Of a stretch of DNA of 64,000 bases, positions 9,896 through 18,777 are shown in pieces (the stretch's first letter is position 1; every line of letters begins with the position of its first letter). The position numbers and the translations under genes are program-made. Source of the stretch: Thermoanaerobaculia bacterium (GTDB lineage: Bacteria > Acidobacteriota > Thermoanaerobaculia > UBA5066 > Gp7-AA6); NCBI GenBank assembly GCA_038224325.1, contig JBBRFL010000002.1:8352-72351 (forward strand), in the 5' to 3' direction. Under the pieces are notes generated by a model. The model had not been told where the DNA came from. It worked only from the letters and a program-made list of their open reading frames with translations, and searched no databases.

Positions 9896-10081
9896 ATGGC
9901 CTCGACCGACGGCGGCAACCGGTCGGCCGCCGATGCCCTCTTCGCGGCGCTCTACGCCGAGCTCCATGACCTCGCCCGCCGCCAGCTCGCCGGCGCCGGT
10001 AGGCGACAGCCGGCCTCCTCCGGTGTGGTAAAAAATCTCTTTCGGGAGACATCTCTGTGGCGCCGACGATCGCCTCGCTGA
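9896..10081 (+). pseudogene. Degenerate duplicate of the 5' end of the downstream ECF sigma factor gene (remnant or upstream ORF)
   Basis: The 61-aa ORF begins MASTDGGNRSAADALFAALYAELHDLARRQLAG. About 100 nt are roughly 75% identical to the first 100 nt of the sigma gene, which encodes SAEGGDRSAADALFAVLYSELHRLARRELAR. After that point the ORF leaves the frame and ends inside the sigma gene start region. Confidence 0.4.
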
Positions 10082-10620
10082 TCTCCTCGGCCGAGGGTGG
10101 TGACCGTTCCGCGGCGGATGCCCTCTTCGCGGTCCTCTACTCGGAGCTGCACCGGCTGGCACGGCGGGAGCTCGCTCGGGGGCCGGGAGCGACCCTCGGG
10201 ACCACGACCCTGCTCCACGAGGCCTACCTGAAGATCGCGCAGCGGGAGGGAACGGCCTTCCCGGATCGGCCGCGCTTCATGGGCTACGCCGGCAAGGTGA
10301 TGCGGAGTCTCATCATCGACTACGCCCGAAGCCGGCAGACCGTGAAGCGCGGCGGGGGCTTCGAGATCACGACGCTGGGCGACGAAGGCGGCCTACCCGT
10401 GGCCGACGAGAAGGAGCTGCAACAGATCGGCGCGGCGCTCGACGAGCTCGAAGCGGTCGATCCGTCCCTGGCCCAGGTCGTCGACCTGAAGTTCTTCGCC
10501 GGCTTCTCTCTTGCCGAGATCGCCGCGATGCGCGGGGTGTCGGAGCGCACCATCCAGCGGCATTGGGAGAAGGCGCGCATCTATCTCCACGGCGTGATCC
10601 GCCAGACCCTGTCCGCCTAG
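10057..10620 (+). CDS. RNA polymerase ECF sigma factor of the kinase-associated subfamily (TIGR02999/ECF43-like)
   Basis: The N-terminal block GDRSAADALFAVLYSELHRLARREL and the sigma-70 region 2 and region 4 helices (LLHEAYLKI...; C-terminal HTH RGVSERTIQRHWEKAR) are present. A GTG start is preceded by a GGGAGA ribosome-binding site. The stop codon abuts the start of the Ser/Thr kinase. Confidence 0.8.
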   Translation: MAPTIASLISSAEGGDRSAADALFAVLYSELHRLARRELARGPGATLGTTTLLHEAYLKIAQREGTAFPDRPRFMGYAGKVMRSLIIDYARSRQTVKRGGGFEITTLGDEGGLPVADEKELQQIGAALDELEAVDPSLAQVVDLKFFAGFSLAEIAAMRGVSERTIQRHWEKARIYLHGVIRQTLSA

Positions 10621-10621
10621 C

Positions 10622-13330
10622 ATGTCCCGTCGAAGCCCCGAGCGCTGGCGGGCTCTGAGCCCGCACCTCGATCTCGCGCTCGAGATGACGGCGAGTGAGC
10701 GCGCCCCCTGGCTCGAGGCACTGCGCGCGGAGGACTCGGCGCTCGCCGGCGATCTCGCCGCGCTCCTGGAGGAGCACTCGACCCTCGAGAGGGAACGCTT
10801 CCTCGAACGGAGCGTCCCGGAGCTTCCCGAGGCGTCGCTCGCCGGCCAGCCCGTCGGGGCCTACACGCTCGAGTCCCTCATCGGCCAGGGCGGCATGGGC
10901 AGCGTCTGGCTCGCCCGCCGCAACGACGGTCGCTTCGAGGGGCGCGTCGCCGTGAAGCTCCTGAACGCGAGCCTCGTGGGGCGGGCCGGAGCGGAGCGGT
11001 TCCGCCGGGAAGGCTCGATCCTCGCGAAACTGTCCCACCCGAACATCGCGCGCCTCGCCGACGCCGGCGTGTCGGCCGCCGGTCAGCCCTACATCGTCCT
11101 GGAGTTCGTCGACGGCGAGCCGATCGACTGCTACTGCGACGGGCGGCGGCTGGGCGTCGAGCCGCGCCTGCGGCTCTTCCTCGACGTGTGTGCGGCGGTG
11201 GCGCAGGCGCACGCGAGCCTAGTGGTACACCGGGACATCAAGCCAACGAACGTCCTAGTCGCAAGGGACGGCCACGTCAAGCTGCTCGACTTCGGCATCG
11301 CGAAGCTCCTCGAAGACGGTTCGGCCGAGGGCGAGGCGACGGCCCTGACGCGGGAGGGCGGCCGGGCCCTGACGCCGGAATTTGCCGCGCCGGAGCAGGT
11401 GACCGGCGGCAACGTCACGACGGCCACCGACGTCTATGCCCTGGCCACGCTGCTCTACCTGCTCCTCGCGGGTCGGCATCCGATCGGAGTCCCGGGCGGA
11501 AACCCCGTCCTCCTGCTCAAGGCGATCGTCGAGACTGATCCGAAGAAGCCATCCGAGGCGACGACCGGCCAAGACGCGCCGGCCCGATCGACGACGCTCG
11601 AAGGGCTCCGCCGCCAGCTGCGTGGGGATCTCGACACGATCGTGACGAAGGGACTGAAGAAGAATCCTTCGGAGCGGTATCCCTCCGTCGAAACCCTTGC
11701 GGCCGACGTCCGGCATTTTCTGGCGCACGAGCCCATCGCCGCCCGGCCCGACACGATCGGATACCGCGCCGCCAAGTTCGTCCGACGGCACCGGGCCGGC
11801 GTCGCCACCGCGCTCTTCGCCGCCGTCGCCGTCGTCGTCGGAACCGGCGCCGTGCTCTGGCAGTCCCGTGAGGCCCGAAGGCAGCGCGACGAGGCCCGGG
11901 CCCAGGTCGCCCGAGCCGACGCCGTCAAGGACTTCCTCGGCTTTCTGCTGAGCGCCGCCGCGCCCTCGGGCCGCCAGTATTCCGCGAGCGACCTTCTCGA
12001 GCAGGGCGAGGTCGTCATCGACCGCCAGTTCGCGGCGGACGATCGCCTCCGCGCCGAGATGCTTACCGTGGTGGGCCGTCAACACATGATCGCCGAGCGC
12101 TTCGAGCGCGCGGCGCAGGTGCTCCTGCGCGCCGTAACGGCGGCGGATCGGGTCGGCGATCCGGCCCTCCGCTCCCAGGCCCTGAGCCTCCTGTCTCTGG
12201 CGCAGGTCGCGGCCGGCGGCGACGCGGCCGCCCCGGCCGCCACGATCACGCGGGCGCTTGCGAACCTCCCGGTCGAACCGCGCTACGCGTCGATTCGAGC
12301 GGAGTGCCTGGCGCAGCGGGCCGCCTTCGGCTTCTTCACAGATGACGGCGAGGCGATGGTCCGCGATGCGGGAGAGGCTATCGCCCTCTTCGACGCGTCC
12401 CCCTTCCCCAATTCCTCGGCGAGGATCGACGCGAAGGGCTCCCTGGCGTACGGCTACTACCTGACCCGGCAGAATGCGAAGGCGAGTCGGACCTACGCTG
12501 ACGTGCTGAAGGCCCTCGAGCAGTCGGGCCGGGACCGCACCATCGCTGCCGCCGACACCTGGAACAACTGGGCGCTCGTGTACTTCGACGGAGACATCCG
12601 AAGGGCCGAGGAGCTCATGCGGCGGTGCCTCGAGCTTCGCCGTTCGATCGAGGGTCAGGACGCCGTGGCGCCGACGTTCCTGTTCAACTACGCCGGAGCG
12701 CTTCATCGGCTGGGGAGGTACGACGAGGCGGAGCACTGGCTGCGGGAAACCATTCGCACCGCCGAAGCCCGGAAGACCGTCCGCGTCTGGCTCGACGCCC
12801 GGATGGAGCTGGCCGACGCCTACACGGAGCGGGGCAATCTCGGTGCGGCCCAGCGCGAGCTCGACCTCGTGGCGCCGTACGCCGGGGAGGCCCACTTCAA
12901 TCTGCTGAGGCAGGCGATGCTCCGGTATTCGCGTGGTCTCCTGGCATTCGCCCGGGGCGACCACGCCCGAGCCCGGGACGAGCTCGCCGAGTCGACACGG
13001 CTGTTCGACAGCGCCCGGGCGAGGCTCGCCCAAAGCGTCTTCGCACGCGTCGCCCTCGCCCGCGCGGACATCGCGCTCGGCAATGGCGCGGAGGCGGAGG
13101 CCCGGTCGCGAACCGCACTGACCCTGGCCGAGTCGCTCGTCGAGAGAGGCTCCCCCTCATACCTGATCGGTCTCTCTCAGGCGGCTCTCGGAGAGGCGCA
13201 GCTCGTCGGACGAAATCCCGACGCGGGCGCCACCCTCGCGGCCGCGGTCGGCCAGCTTCAGCAGACGCTGGGCGCGGAGCACCCCGTCACCGTGCGGACT
13301 CGCCGTCTCGCCGAGGGCGCGGCCCGTTGA
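10622..13330 (+). CDS. Transmembrane Ser/Thr protein kinase with a large C-terminal extracytoplasmic TPR-like domain
   Basis: Hanks kinase motifs are present (GQGGMGSVW, VAVKLL, HRDIKPTNVLV, DFGIAKL, APE). A single transmembrane helix (ALFAAVAVVVGTGAVL) is followed by an alpha-helical repeat domain of about 500 aa. The start lies 2 nt after the sigma factor stop codon. Confidence 0.85.
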   Translation: MSRRSPERWRALSPHLDLALEMTASERAPWLEALRAEDSALAGDLAALLEEHSTLERERFLERSVPELPEASLAGQPVGAYTLESLIGQGGMGSVWLARRNDGRFEGRVAVKLLNASLVGRAGAERFRREGSILAKLSHPNIARLADAGVSAAGQPYIVLEFVDGEPIDCYCDGRRLGVEPRLRLFLDVCAAVAQAHASLVVHRDIKPTNVLVARDGHVKLLDFGIAKLLEDGSAEGEATALTREGGRALTPEFAAPEQVTGGNVTTATDVYALATLLYLLLAGRHPIGVPGGNPVLLLKAIVETDPKKPSEATTGQDAPARSTTLEGLRRQLRGDLDTIVTKGLKKNPSERYPSVETLAADVRHFLAHEPIAARPDTIGYRAAKFVRRHRAGVATALFAAVAVVVGTGAVLWQSREARRQRDEARAQVARADAVKDFLGFLLSAAAPSGRQYSASDLLEQGEVVIDRQFAADDRLRAEMLTVVGRQHMIAERFERAAQVLLRAVTAADRVGDPALRSQALSLLSLAQVAAGGDAAAPAATITRALANLPVEPRYASIRAECLAQRAAFGFFTDDGEAMVRDAGEAIALFDASPFPNSSARIDAKGSLAYGYYLTRQNAKASRTYADVLKALEQSGRDRTIAAADTWNNWALVYFDGDIRRAEELMRRCLELRRSIEGQDAVAPTFLFNYAGALHRLGRYDEAEHWLRETIRTAEARKTVRVWLDARMELADAYTERGNLGAAQRELDLVAPYAGEAHFNLLRQAMLRYSRGLLAFARGDHARARDELAESTRLFDSARARLAQSVFARVALARADIALGNGAEAEARSRTALTLAESLVERGSPSYLIGLSQAALGEAQLVGRNPDAGATLAAAVGQLQQTLGAEHPVTVRTRRLAEGAAR

Positions 13331-13370
13331 ATCGTCTCTCGCGCGCCGCGTGTAGAATCCCGCAAACTCA

Positions 13371-14660
13371 ATGGAAAAGAAGCGCAAGTTCCTCTTCGTC
13401 TCACTGACGGGTCTTGTCGGCGACATCGCCTGGCAGGTCCTGAAGGAGGGCCACGAGGTCCGCTACTTCATCGGCGACGAGCAGGAGAGGGACATCGCGG
13501 ACGGATTCGTCCCCAAGACCGACGACTGGGAGAAGGACGTCGGCTGGGCCGACGTGATCGTCTTCGACGACACGCTCGGACAGGGGGAGAAGGCCGTCGC
13601 GCTGAGGGCGCGCGGGAAGGCCGTCGTCGGGGGGACGCCGTACACGGACAGGCTAGAGGACGACCGCTCCTTCGGCCAGGAGGAGCTCAAGAAGGCCGGC
13701 GTCACGATCATCCCCTACTGGGACTTCGACAACTTCGACGAGGCGATCACCCACGTCGCGGAGAACCCCGGCCGATACGTCATCAAGCCCAGCGGCGCTG
13801 CCGGCAACGTCAAGCGCCGGCTCTTCGTGGGCGACGAGGAGGACGGCGGCGACGTCCTCCGCATGCTGGAGGCCTACAAGAAGGCGTTTTCGGACGAGAT
13901 CAAGGTGTTCCAACTCCAGAAGCGGGTCGTCGGGGTCGAGGTCGCGGTCGGCGCGTTCTTCAACGGCAAGGGCTTCGTGCACCCGATCAACGTGAACTTC
14001 GAGCACAAGAAGCTCTTTCCCGGAAACAGCGGACCCCCGACCGGCGAGATGGGGACCACGATGTTCTGGAGCGAGCCGAACAAGATCTTCGAGCAAACCC
14101 TCTTGAAGATGGAGCCGCGCCTGGCGGAGGAAGGCTACGTCGGCTACATCGACGTCAATTGCATCGTGAACAACAATGGGATCTACCCGCTCGAGTTTAC
14201 GTCGCGCTTCGGCTACCCGACGATTTTCATCCAGCAGGAGGGGATGATCACGCCGATCGGGCTCTTCCTTGCGGACCTCGCCCACGGCCTCGACCCGAAG
14301 CTCAAGATCAAGAGCGGCTTCCAGGTCGGCGTGCGGATCGTAATGCCGCCCTTCCCGTTCGACGATGACGCGACCTTCGAGTCTTTCTCGAAGAACGCGG
14401 TCATCGTATTCAAGAAGGGGACGCCCGAGGAAGTCCACATCGAGGACACCAAGATCGTCGAGGGCCAGTGGCTGGTGGCGGGGACCTCGGGCGTCGTCCT
14501 GACCGTCGTCGGCCTGGGCCAGACGATGAAGCAGGCGCGCGAGCAGGCCTACGCGCGCGTGCGGAACATCCTCATCCCCAACATGTACTACCGCGACGAC
14601 ATCGGCGAGCGATGGGCCGAGGACTCCGACAAGCTGCACAATTGGGGATATTTGCGGTAG
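13371..14660 (+). CDS. ATP-grasp protein of the PurD (phosphoribosylamine--glycine ligase) family, with a divergent N-terminus
   Basis: The segments VIKPSGAAGNVKRRLFV and EHKKLFPGNSGPPTGEMGT parallel the PurD motifs KADGLAAGKGV and DHKR..DGD.GPNTGGMG. The length of 429 aa fits PurD. The canonical N-terminal GGGREHA motif is absent. Confidence 0.55.
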   Translation: MEKKRKFLFVSLTGLVGDIAWQVLKEGHEVRYFIGDEQERDIADGFVPKTDDWEKDVGWADVIVFDDTLGQGEKAVALRARGKAVVGGTPYTDRLEDDRSFGQEELKKAGVTIIPYWDFDNFDEAITHVAENPGRYVIKPSGAAGNVKRRLFVGDEEDGGDVLRMLEAYKKAFSDEIKVFQLQKRVVGVEVAVGAFFNGKGFVHPINVNFEHKKLFPGNSGPPTGEMGTTMFWSEPNKIFEQTLLKMEPRLAEEGYVGYIDVNCIVNNNGIYPLEFTSRFGYPTIFIQQEGMITPIGLFLADLAHGLDPKLKIKSGFQVGVRIVMPPFPFDDDATFESFSKNAVIVFKKGTPEEVHIEDTKIVEGQWLVAGTSGVVLTVVGLGQTMKQAREQAYARVRNILIPNMYYRDDIGERWAEDSDKLHNWGYLR

Positions 14661-14745
14661 GCGACGAGCGTGGCGAATCGACCGATGCCTCCGGCCGCCG
14701 CAACTTAACTCGCTCGCAGAGCCGCCGGGCACTCGGCGTCCTTGC

Positions 14746-17013
14746 TCAACTTCCCGCCGCCGCCTTCTCCTGCGCGTCGACGACCGCGATGGCGGCCATG
14801 TTGACGATGTCGGCGACCTCGACGCCGCGCTGGAGGACGTGCACGGGCTTGCGCAGGCCGAGCAGGATGGGGCCGATCGCCTCGGCTCCCGCCAGGCGCC
14901 ACACCAGCTTGTACGCCGCGTTCGCCGCTTCGAGATCCGCGAAGATCAGCACGTTGGGGCGCTGGACCGCGGCCCACGGATACTGCGACTCCAGCATCTC
15001 CGGCACGACCGCGGTGTCGGCCTGCATCTCTCCGTCGATGCGCAGGTCGGGGCGCGCTGCCTGGACGAGCGCGACCGCCCTCTTGACCTTCAGCGCGCTC
15101 GCGTGCGTGTTGGAACCGAAGTTCGAGAAGGAGATCATCGCGGTCCGCGGCTCGATGTCGAAGCGACGCACGGCGTCCGCCGTGAGGATGGCGATCTCGG
15201 CGAGATCCTCGGCGGTGGGATCGATGTTGACGGTCGTGTCCGCGAAGAAGAGCGTGCGGTCCTTCAGCATCAGGATGTAGAGCCCCGACACGCGCCGGAC
15301 CCCGGGCGCGGTTCCCAGGATCTGCAGGGCCGGCCGGATCGTGTCGGCGTAGGACTGGGTCAGGCCGGAGATGACCCCGTCGGCGTCGCCCGCGTCCAGC
15401 ATCAGCGGGCCGAAGACGTTGCGCACCCGCGCCTGCTTCGCCGCGTCCTCGGGGGTCATCCCGCTGCGGCGCCGCAGCTGCTCCAGACGCGCCGCGTAGA
15501 GCGGCAGCTTCTCCGACCGGTTCGTGTTCACGAACTCGATGCGCTCCATCGGGAGCTTCAGGTCCCGCGCGAGTGTTTCGATCTCGGCTTCGCGCGCGAG
15601 CAGAATCGGACGGCAGATGCCATCCTCGGCCAGGATCTTCGCCGCGCGCAGAACCTTCGGATGCTCGCCCTCAGGGAACACGATGCGCTTCGGATCCCGG
15701 CGGGCCTTGTCGATCACGGCGCTCATGACCTCGCGGGAACGCGACAGCATCGCCTCCAGGCGCTTCAGGTACACGCCCATGTCCGTAATCGGCTGGCGCG
15801 CGACACCCGAGGCCATCGCCGCTTCGGCGACCGCGGGCGCGACCCACAGCAGGACCCGGTAGTCGAACGGCTTGGGGATGAGGTACTCGCGCCCGAAGCG
15901 GAACGACTGGCCGCCGTAGGCCTTCGAGACGGAGTCCGGAACGTCCATCTTCGCCAGTGCGGCCAGCGCCTGGGAGGCCGCGCGTTTCATCGCCTCGTTG
16001 ATCTCGGTCGCCCGCACGTCGAGTGCGCCCCGGAAGATGAACGGGAACCCGAGGACGTTGTTCACCTGGTTCGGGTAGTCGCTCCGCCCTGTCGCGATGA
16101 GCACGTCGGGCCGCGCCGCACGGGCCTCATCCGGTGTGATCTCCGGGTCGGGGTTGGCCAGCGCGAACACGATCGGATCGCGCGCCATTCCGAGCAGCAT
16201 CTCCCCCCGGAGGATGCCGCCCGTCGAGAGGCCGATGAATGCGTCCGCTCCCGTCAGGGCGTCCTGGAGCGTGCGCTCGAGCGTCTCCGCGGCAAACTCG
16301 GCCTTGTAGGGGTTCATGTCCCCAGCGCGGCCGACGTAGATCACCCCCGACTTGTCCACCATCCGGAGGTTCTCCCTCCGGACCCCGTAGGAGAGGTAGA
16401 GCTTCGCGCAGGCGATGGCGGAGGCTCCCGCCCCGCAGAAGACGATCTTGACGTCGGCGATCTTCTTTCCGACGACCTCCAGCGCGTTGAGAAACGCCGC
16501 GGCGGAGATGATGGCGGTCCCGTGCTGGTCGTCGTGGAAGACGGGAATGCGCAGTCGCTTGCGGAGGCGCTCCTCGATCTCGAAGCACTCCGGGGACTTG
16601 ATGTCCTCCAGGTTGATTCCCCCGAACGTCGGGGAGATTCGCGCGACGGTATCCACGAAGGCATCGACCGTGTCCGCGTCGACCTCGATGTCGAACACGT
16701 CGATGTCGGCGAAGCGCTTGAAAAGGACGCCCTTGCCCTCCATGACGGGCTTCGACGCAAGGGGGCCGATGTTTCCGAGGCCCAGCACCGCCGTGCCGTT
16801 GGAGATCACCGCGACGAGATTGCCCTTGGTGGTGTACTCGTAGACCTTCTCGGGATCCCGGGCGATCGCGAGGCAGGGCTCGGCGACTCCGGGGCTGTAG
16901 GCCAGGGAGAGGTCCTCCTGGGTGCGGCAGGGCTTGGAGGGCACGACCTCGACTTTTCCCTTCCGCCCCCGCGAGTGGTAGTCGAGCGCCTCCTCCGGCG
17001 TGATCCGGCGCAT
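14746..17013 (-). CDS. maeB: NADP-dependent malic enzyme (malic enzyme domain fused to a phosphotransacetylase-like domain)
   Basis: The N-terminus [47 protein letters not shown] is characteristic of MaeB. The product is 755 aa, with a C-terminal PTA-like domain. The ORF track fuses this gene with the upstream region, and I split it at the internal ATG. Confidence 0.85.
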   Translation of the reverse strand: MRRITPEEALDYHSRGRKGKVEVVPSKPCRTQEDLSLAYSPGVAEPCLAIARDPEKVYEYTTKGNLVAVISNGTAVLGLGNIGPLASKPVMEGKGVLFKRFADIDVFDIEVDADTVDAFVDTVARISPTFGGINLEDIKSPECFEIEERLRKRLRIPVFHDDQHGTAIISAAAFLNALEVVGKKIADVKIVFCGAGASAIACAKLYLSYGVRRENLRMVDKSGVIYVGRAGDMNPYKAEFAAETLERTLQDALTGADAFIGLSTGGILRGEMLLGMARDPIVFALANPDPEITPDEARAARPDVLIATGRSDYPNQVNNVLGFPFIFRGALDVRATEINEAMKRAASQALAALAKMDVPDSVSKAYGGQSFRFGREYLIPKPFDYRVLLWVAPAVAEAAMASGVARQPITDMGVYLKRLEAMLSRSREVMSAVIDKARRDPKRIVFPEGEHPKVLRAAKILAEDGICRPILLAREAEIETLARDLKLPMERIEFVNTNRSEKLPLYAARLEQLRRRSGMTPEDAAKQARVRNVFGPLMLDAGDADGVISGLTQSYADTIRPALQILGTAPGVRRVSGLYILMLKDRTLFFADTTVNIDPTAEDLAEIAILTADAVRRFDIEPRTAMISFSNFGSNTHASALKVKRAVALVQAARPDLRIDGEMQADTAVVPEMLESQYPWAAVQRPNVLIFADLEAANAAYKLVWRLAGAEAIGPILLGLRKPVHVLQRGVEVADIVNMAAIAVVDAQEKAAAGS

Positions 17014-17015
17014 GG

Positions 17016-18743
17016 TCAGCCGGCGAGCTCCGCGCGCAGCTTCCGGACGGCGGCAACGGCGTCGGCCTTCGCGGTCGGGCGAACGCTGCGGTCCCGCCTC
17101 GAGACGACCTCGACGTTGCCGTCCTTCAGGGCCCGCCCGCCGACGTTGACCCGGATGGGAAAGCCGATCAGGTCCGCGTCCTTGAACTTGACGCCCGGCC
17201 GCTCGTCCCGGTCGTCGTAGAAGACGTCGATCCCCTCCTTCGACAGCGCCTCGTACAGGGCGTCGGCCTCGCGCCGGGTCGTCTCGTCGGTCGGGTTGAG
17301 CGAGACCACGGCCACCTCGAAGGGAGCCAACGACAGCGGCCAGACGATCCCATCGGCGTCGTGGTGCTGCTCGACCGCCGCTGCCATCGTCCGGCCGACG
17401 CCGATCCCGTAGGTCCCCATGACGGCCGGCTGGCTCTCCCCTTTTTCGTCGGTGAATTCGCAGCGAAGAGCCTTCGAGTACTTGGTGCCGAGCTGGAAGA
17501 TGTGGCCCACCTCGATGCCGCGGGCGATCTGGAGCGGCTGGCCGCAGCGAACGCAGGGATCGCCGGCGCGCGCCTGGGCGAACACCGACCACTCCTGGAC
17601 GTGCGCGTCCCGGCGCAGCACGAACCCCGCGACGTGCCAGTCGCGGCGGCCGGCGCCGGTGACGGCGTTGACGGCGTCGCGGATCGACTCGTCGGCGACG
17701 ATCCGCACAGAGCCCTCCGGCAGCTTGTGCGGTCCGACGTACCCGACGGGGGCGCCCGTGGCCGCCTGGACGTTCTCCTCCGAGGCCAGCGCGAGACGTT
17801 CGACTCCGAGCGCGTTCTGGAGCGCCACCTCGTTGACGTCCAGGTCGCCGCGGAGCAGCGCGACGACGAAGCCGCGCTCCGTCTCGTACACGATGCACTT
17901 GATCATCCGGGATGCGGTGATCCCGAGGAAGGACACGACGTCGTCGATGCCTCCCTTCCCGGGGGTCGAGACCTCCACGAGCGGAGTCTCCGTCTCGTCC
18001 TTCCAGGGGGCCGGGCGGGTCGCCGTCTGAGCCTTCTCGAGGTTCGCGCCGTAACCGCACGACGGGCAGCGCACGACGGCGTCCTCTCCGGTGTCCGCGA
18101 GGACCATGAACTCCTGCGACGCCGACCCGCCGATCGCCCCGGAGTCCGCCTCCACGACGGTGAAGTCGAGCCCGCACCGCTCGAAGATCCGCCGGTATGC
18201 GGCGTCCTGCTCGCGATAGGAGCGCGCGAGCCCCTCGGCGTCGGCGTCGAAGGAGTAGCCGTCGTACATGAGGAACTCGCGCCCGCGCATGAGGCCGAAG
18301 CGCGGCCGGATCTCGTCGCGGAACTTCGTGCGGATCTGGTACAGCGTGAACGGGAGCTGGCGGTACGAGGTCACGCCCGAGCGCACCATCGCGGTGACGC
18401 ACTCCTCGGCGGTCGGCGCGAGGCAGTACTCGCCCTCCTTGCGGTCCTCGAGGTGGAACAGAATGTGCTCCTGCTCGTAGCGCGTCCAGCGGCCGCTCTC
18501 CTCCCACAACTCGCGCGGCTGGAGGATCGGCAGCTCTACCTCCAGGGCGCCCGCCCGGTCGATCTCCTGGCGCACAATCGCCTCGGTCTTGCGATGCGAT
18601 CGCAGCCCGAGCGGGGTCAGGGAGTAGATGCCAGCCGCCACGCGGCGGATCATTCCGGCGCGAGAGAGAAGGATGTGCGAAACGGCGTCCGCGTCGCCGG
18701 GAACCTCTCGGACGGTTTGCAGGAAATAACGGGACCAGCGCAT
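17016..18743 (-). CDS. proS: Prolyl-tRNA synthetase (bacterial type)
   Basis: The N-terminus MRWSRYFLQTVREVPGDADAVSHILLSRAGMIRRVAAGIYSLTPLG is typical of ProS, and class II aaRS motifs are present. The product is 575 aa. Confidence 0.9.
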   Translation of the reverse strand: MRWSRYFLQTVREVPGDADAVSHILLSRAGMIRRVAAGIYSLTPLGLRSHRKTEAIVRQEIDRAGALEVELPILQPRELWEESGRWTRYEQEHILFHLEDRKEGEYCLAPTAEECVTAMVRSGVTSYRQLPFTLYQIRTKFRDEIRPRFGLMRGREFLMYDGYSFDADAEGLARSYREQDAAYRRIFERCGLDFTVVEADSGAIGGSASQEFMVLADTGEDAVVRCPSCGYGANLEKAQTATRPAPWKDETETPLVEVSTPGKGGIDDVVSFLGITASRMIKCIVYETERGFVVALLRGDLDVNEVALQNALGVERLALASEENVQAATGAPVGYVGPHKLPEGSVRIVADESIRDAVNAVTGAGRRDWHVAGFVLRRDAHVQEWSVFAQARAGDPCVRCGQPLQIARGIEVGHIFQLGTKYSKALRCEFTDEKGESQPAVMGTYGIGVGRTMAAAVEQHHDADGIVWPLSLAPFEVAVVSLNPTDETTRREADALYEALSKEGIDVFYDDRDERPGVKFKDADLIGFPIRVNVGGRALKDGNVEVVSRRDRSVRPTAKADAVAAVRKLRAELAG

Positions 18744-18777
18744 CGCGAGGCGAGGATACTAGAGGGGCGCGGGCGGG

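Noticed and set aside
14746-18507. A single 1253-aa ORF covering maeB and the proS region
   Set aside because: The N-terminal 500 aa of the ORF are out-of-frame junk overlapping proS, which is encoded in a different minus-strand frame. The conserved MaeB N-terminus (MRRITPEE) begins at the internal ATG at 17013.
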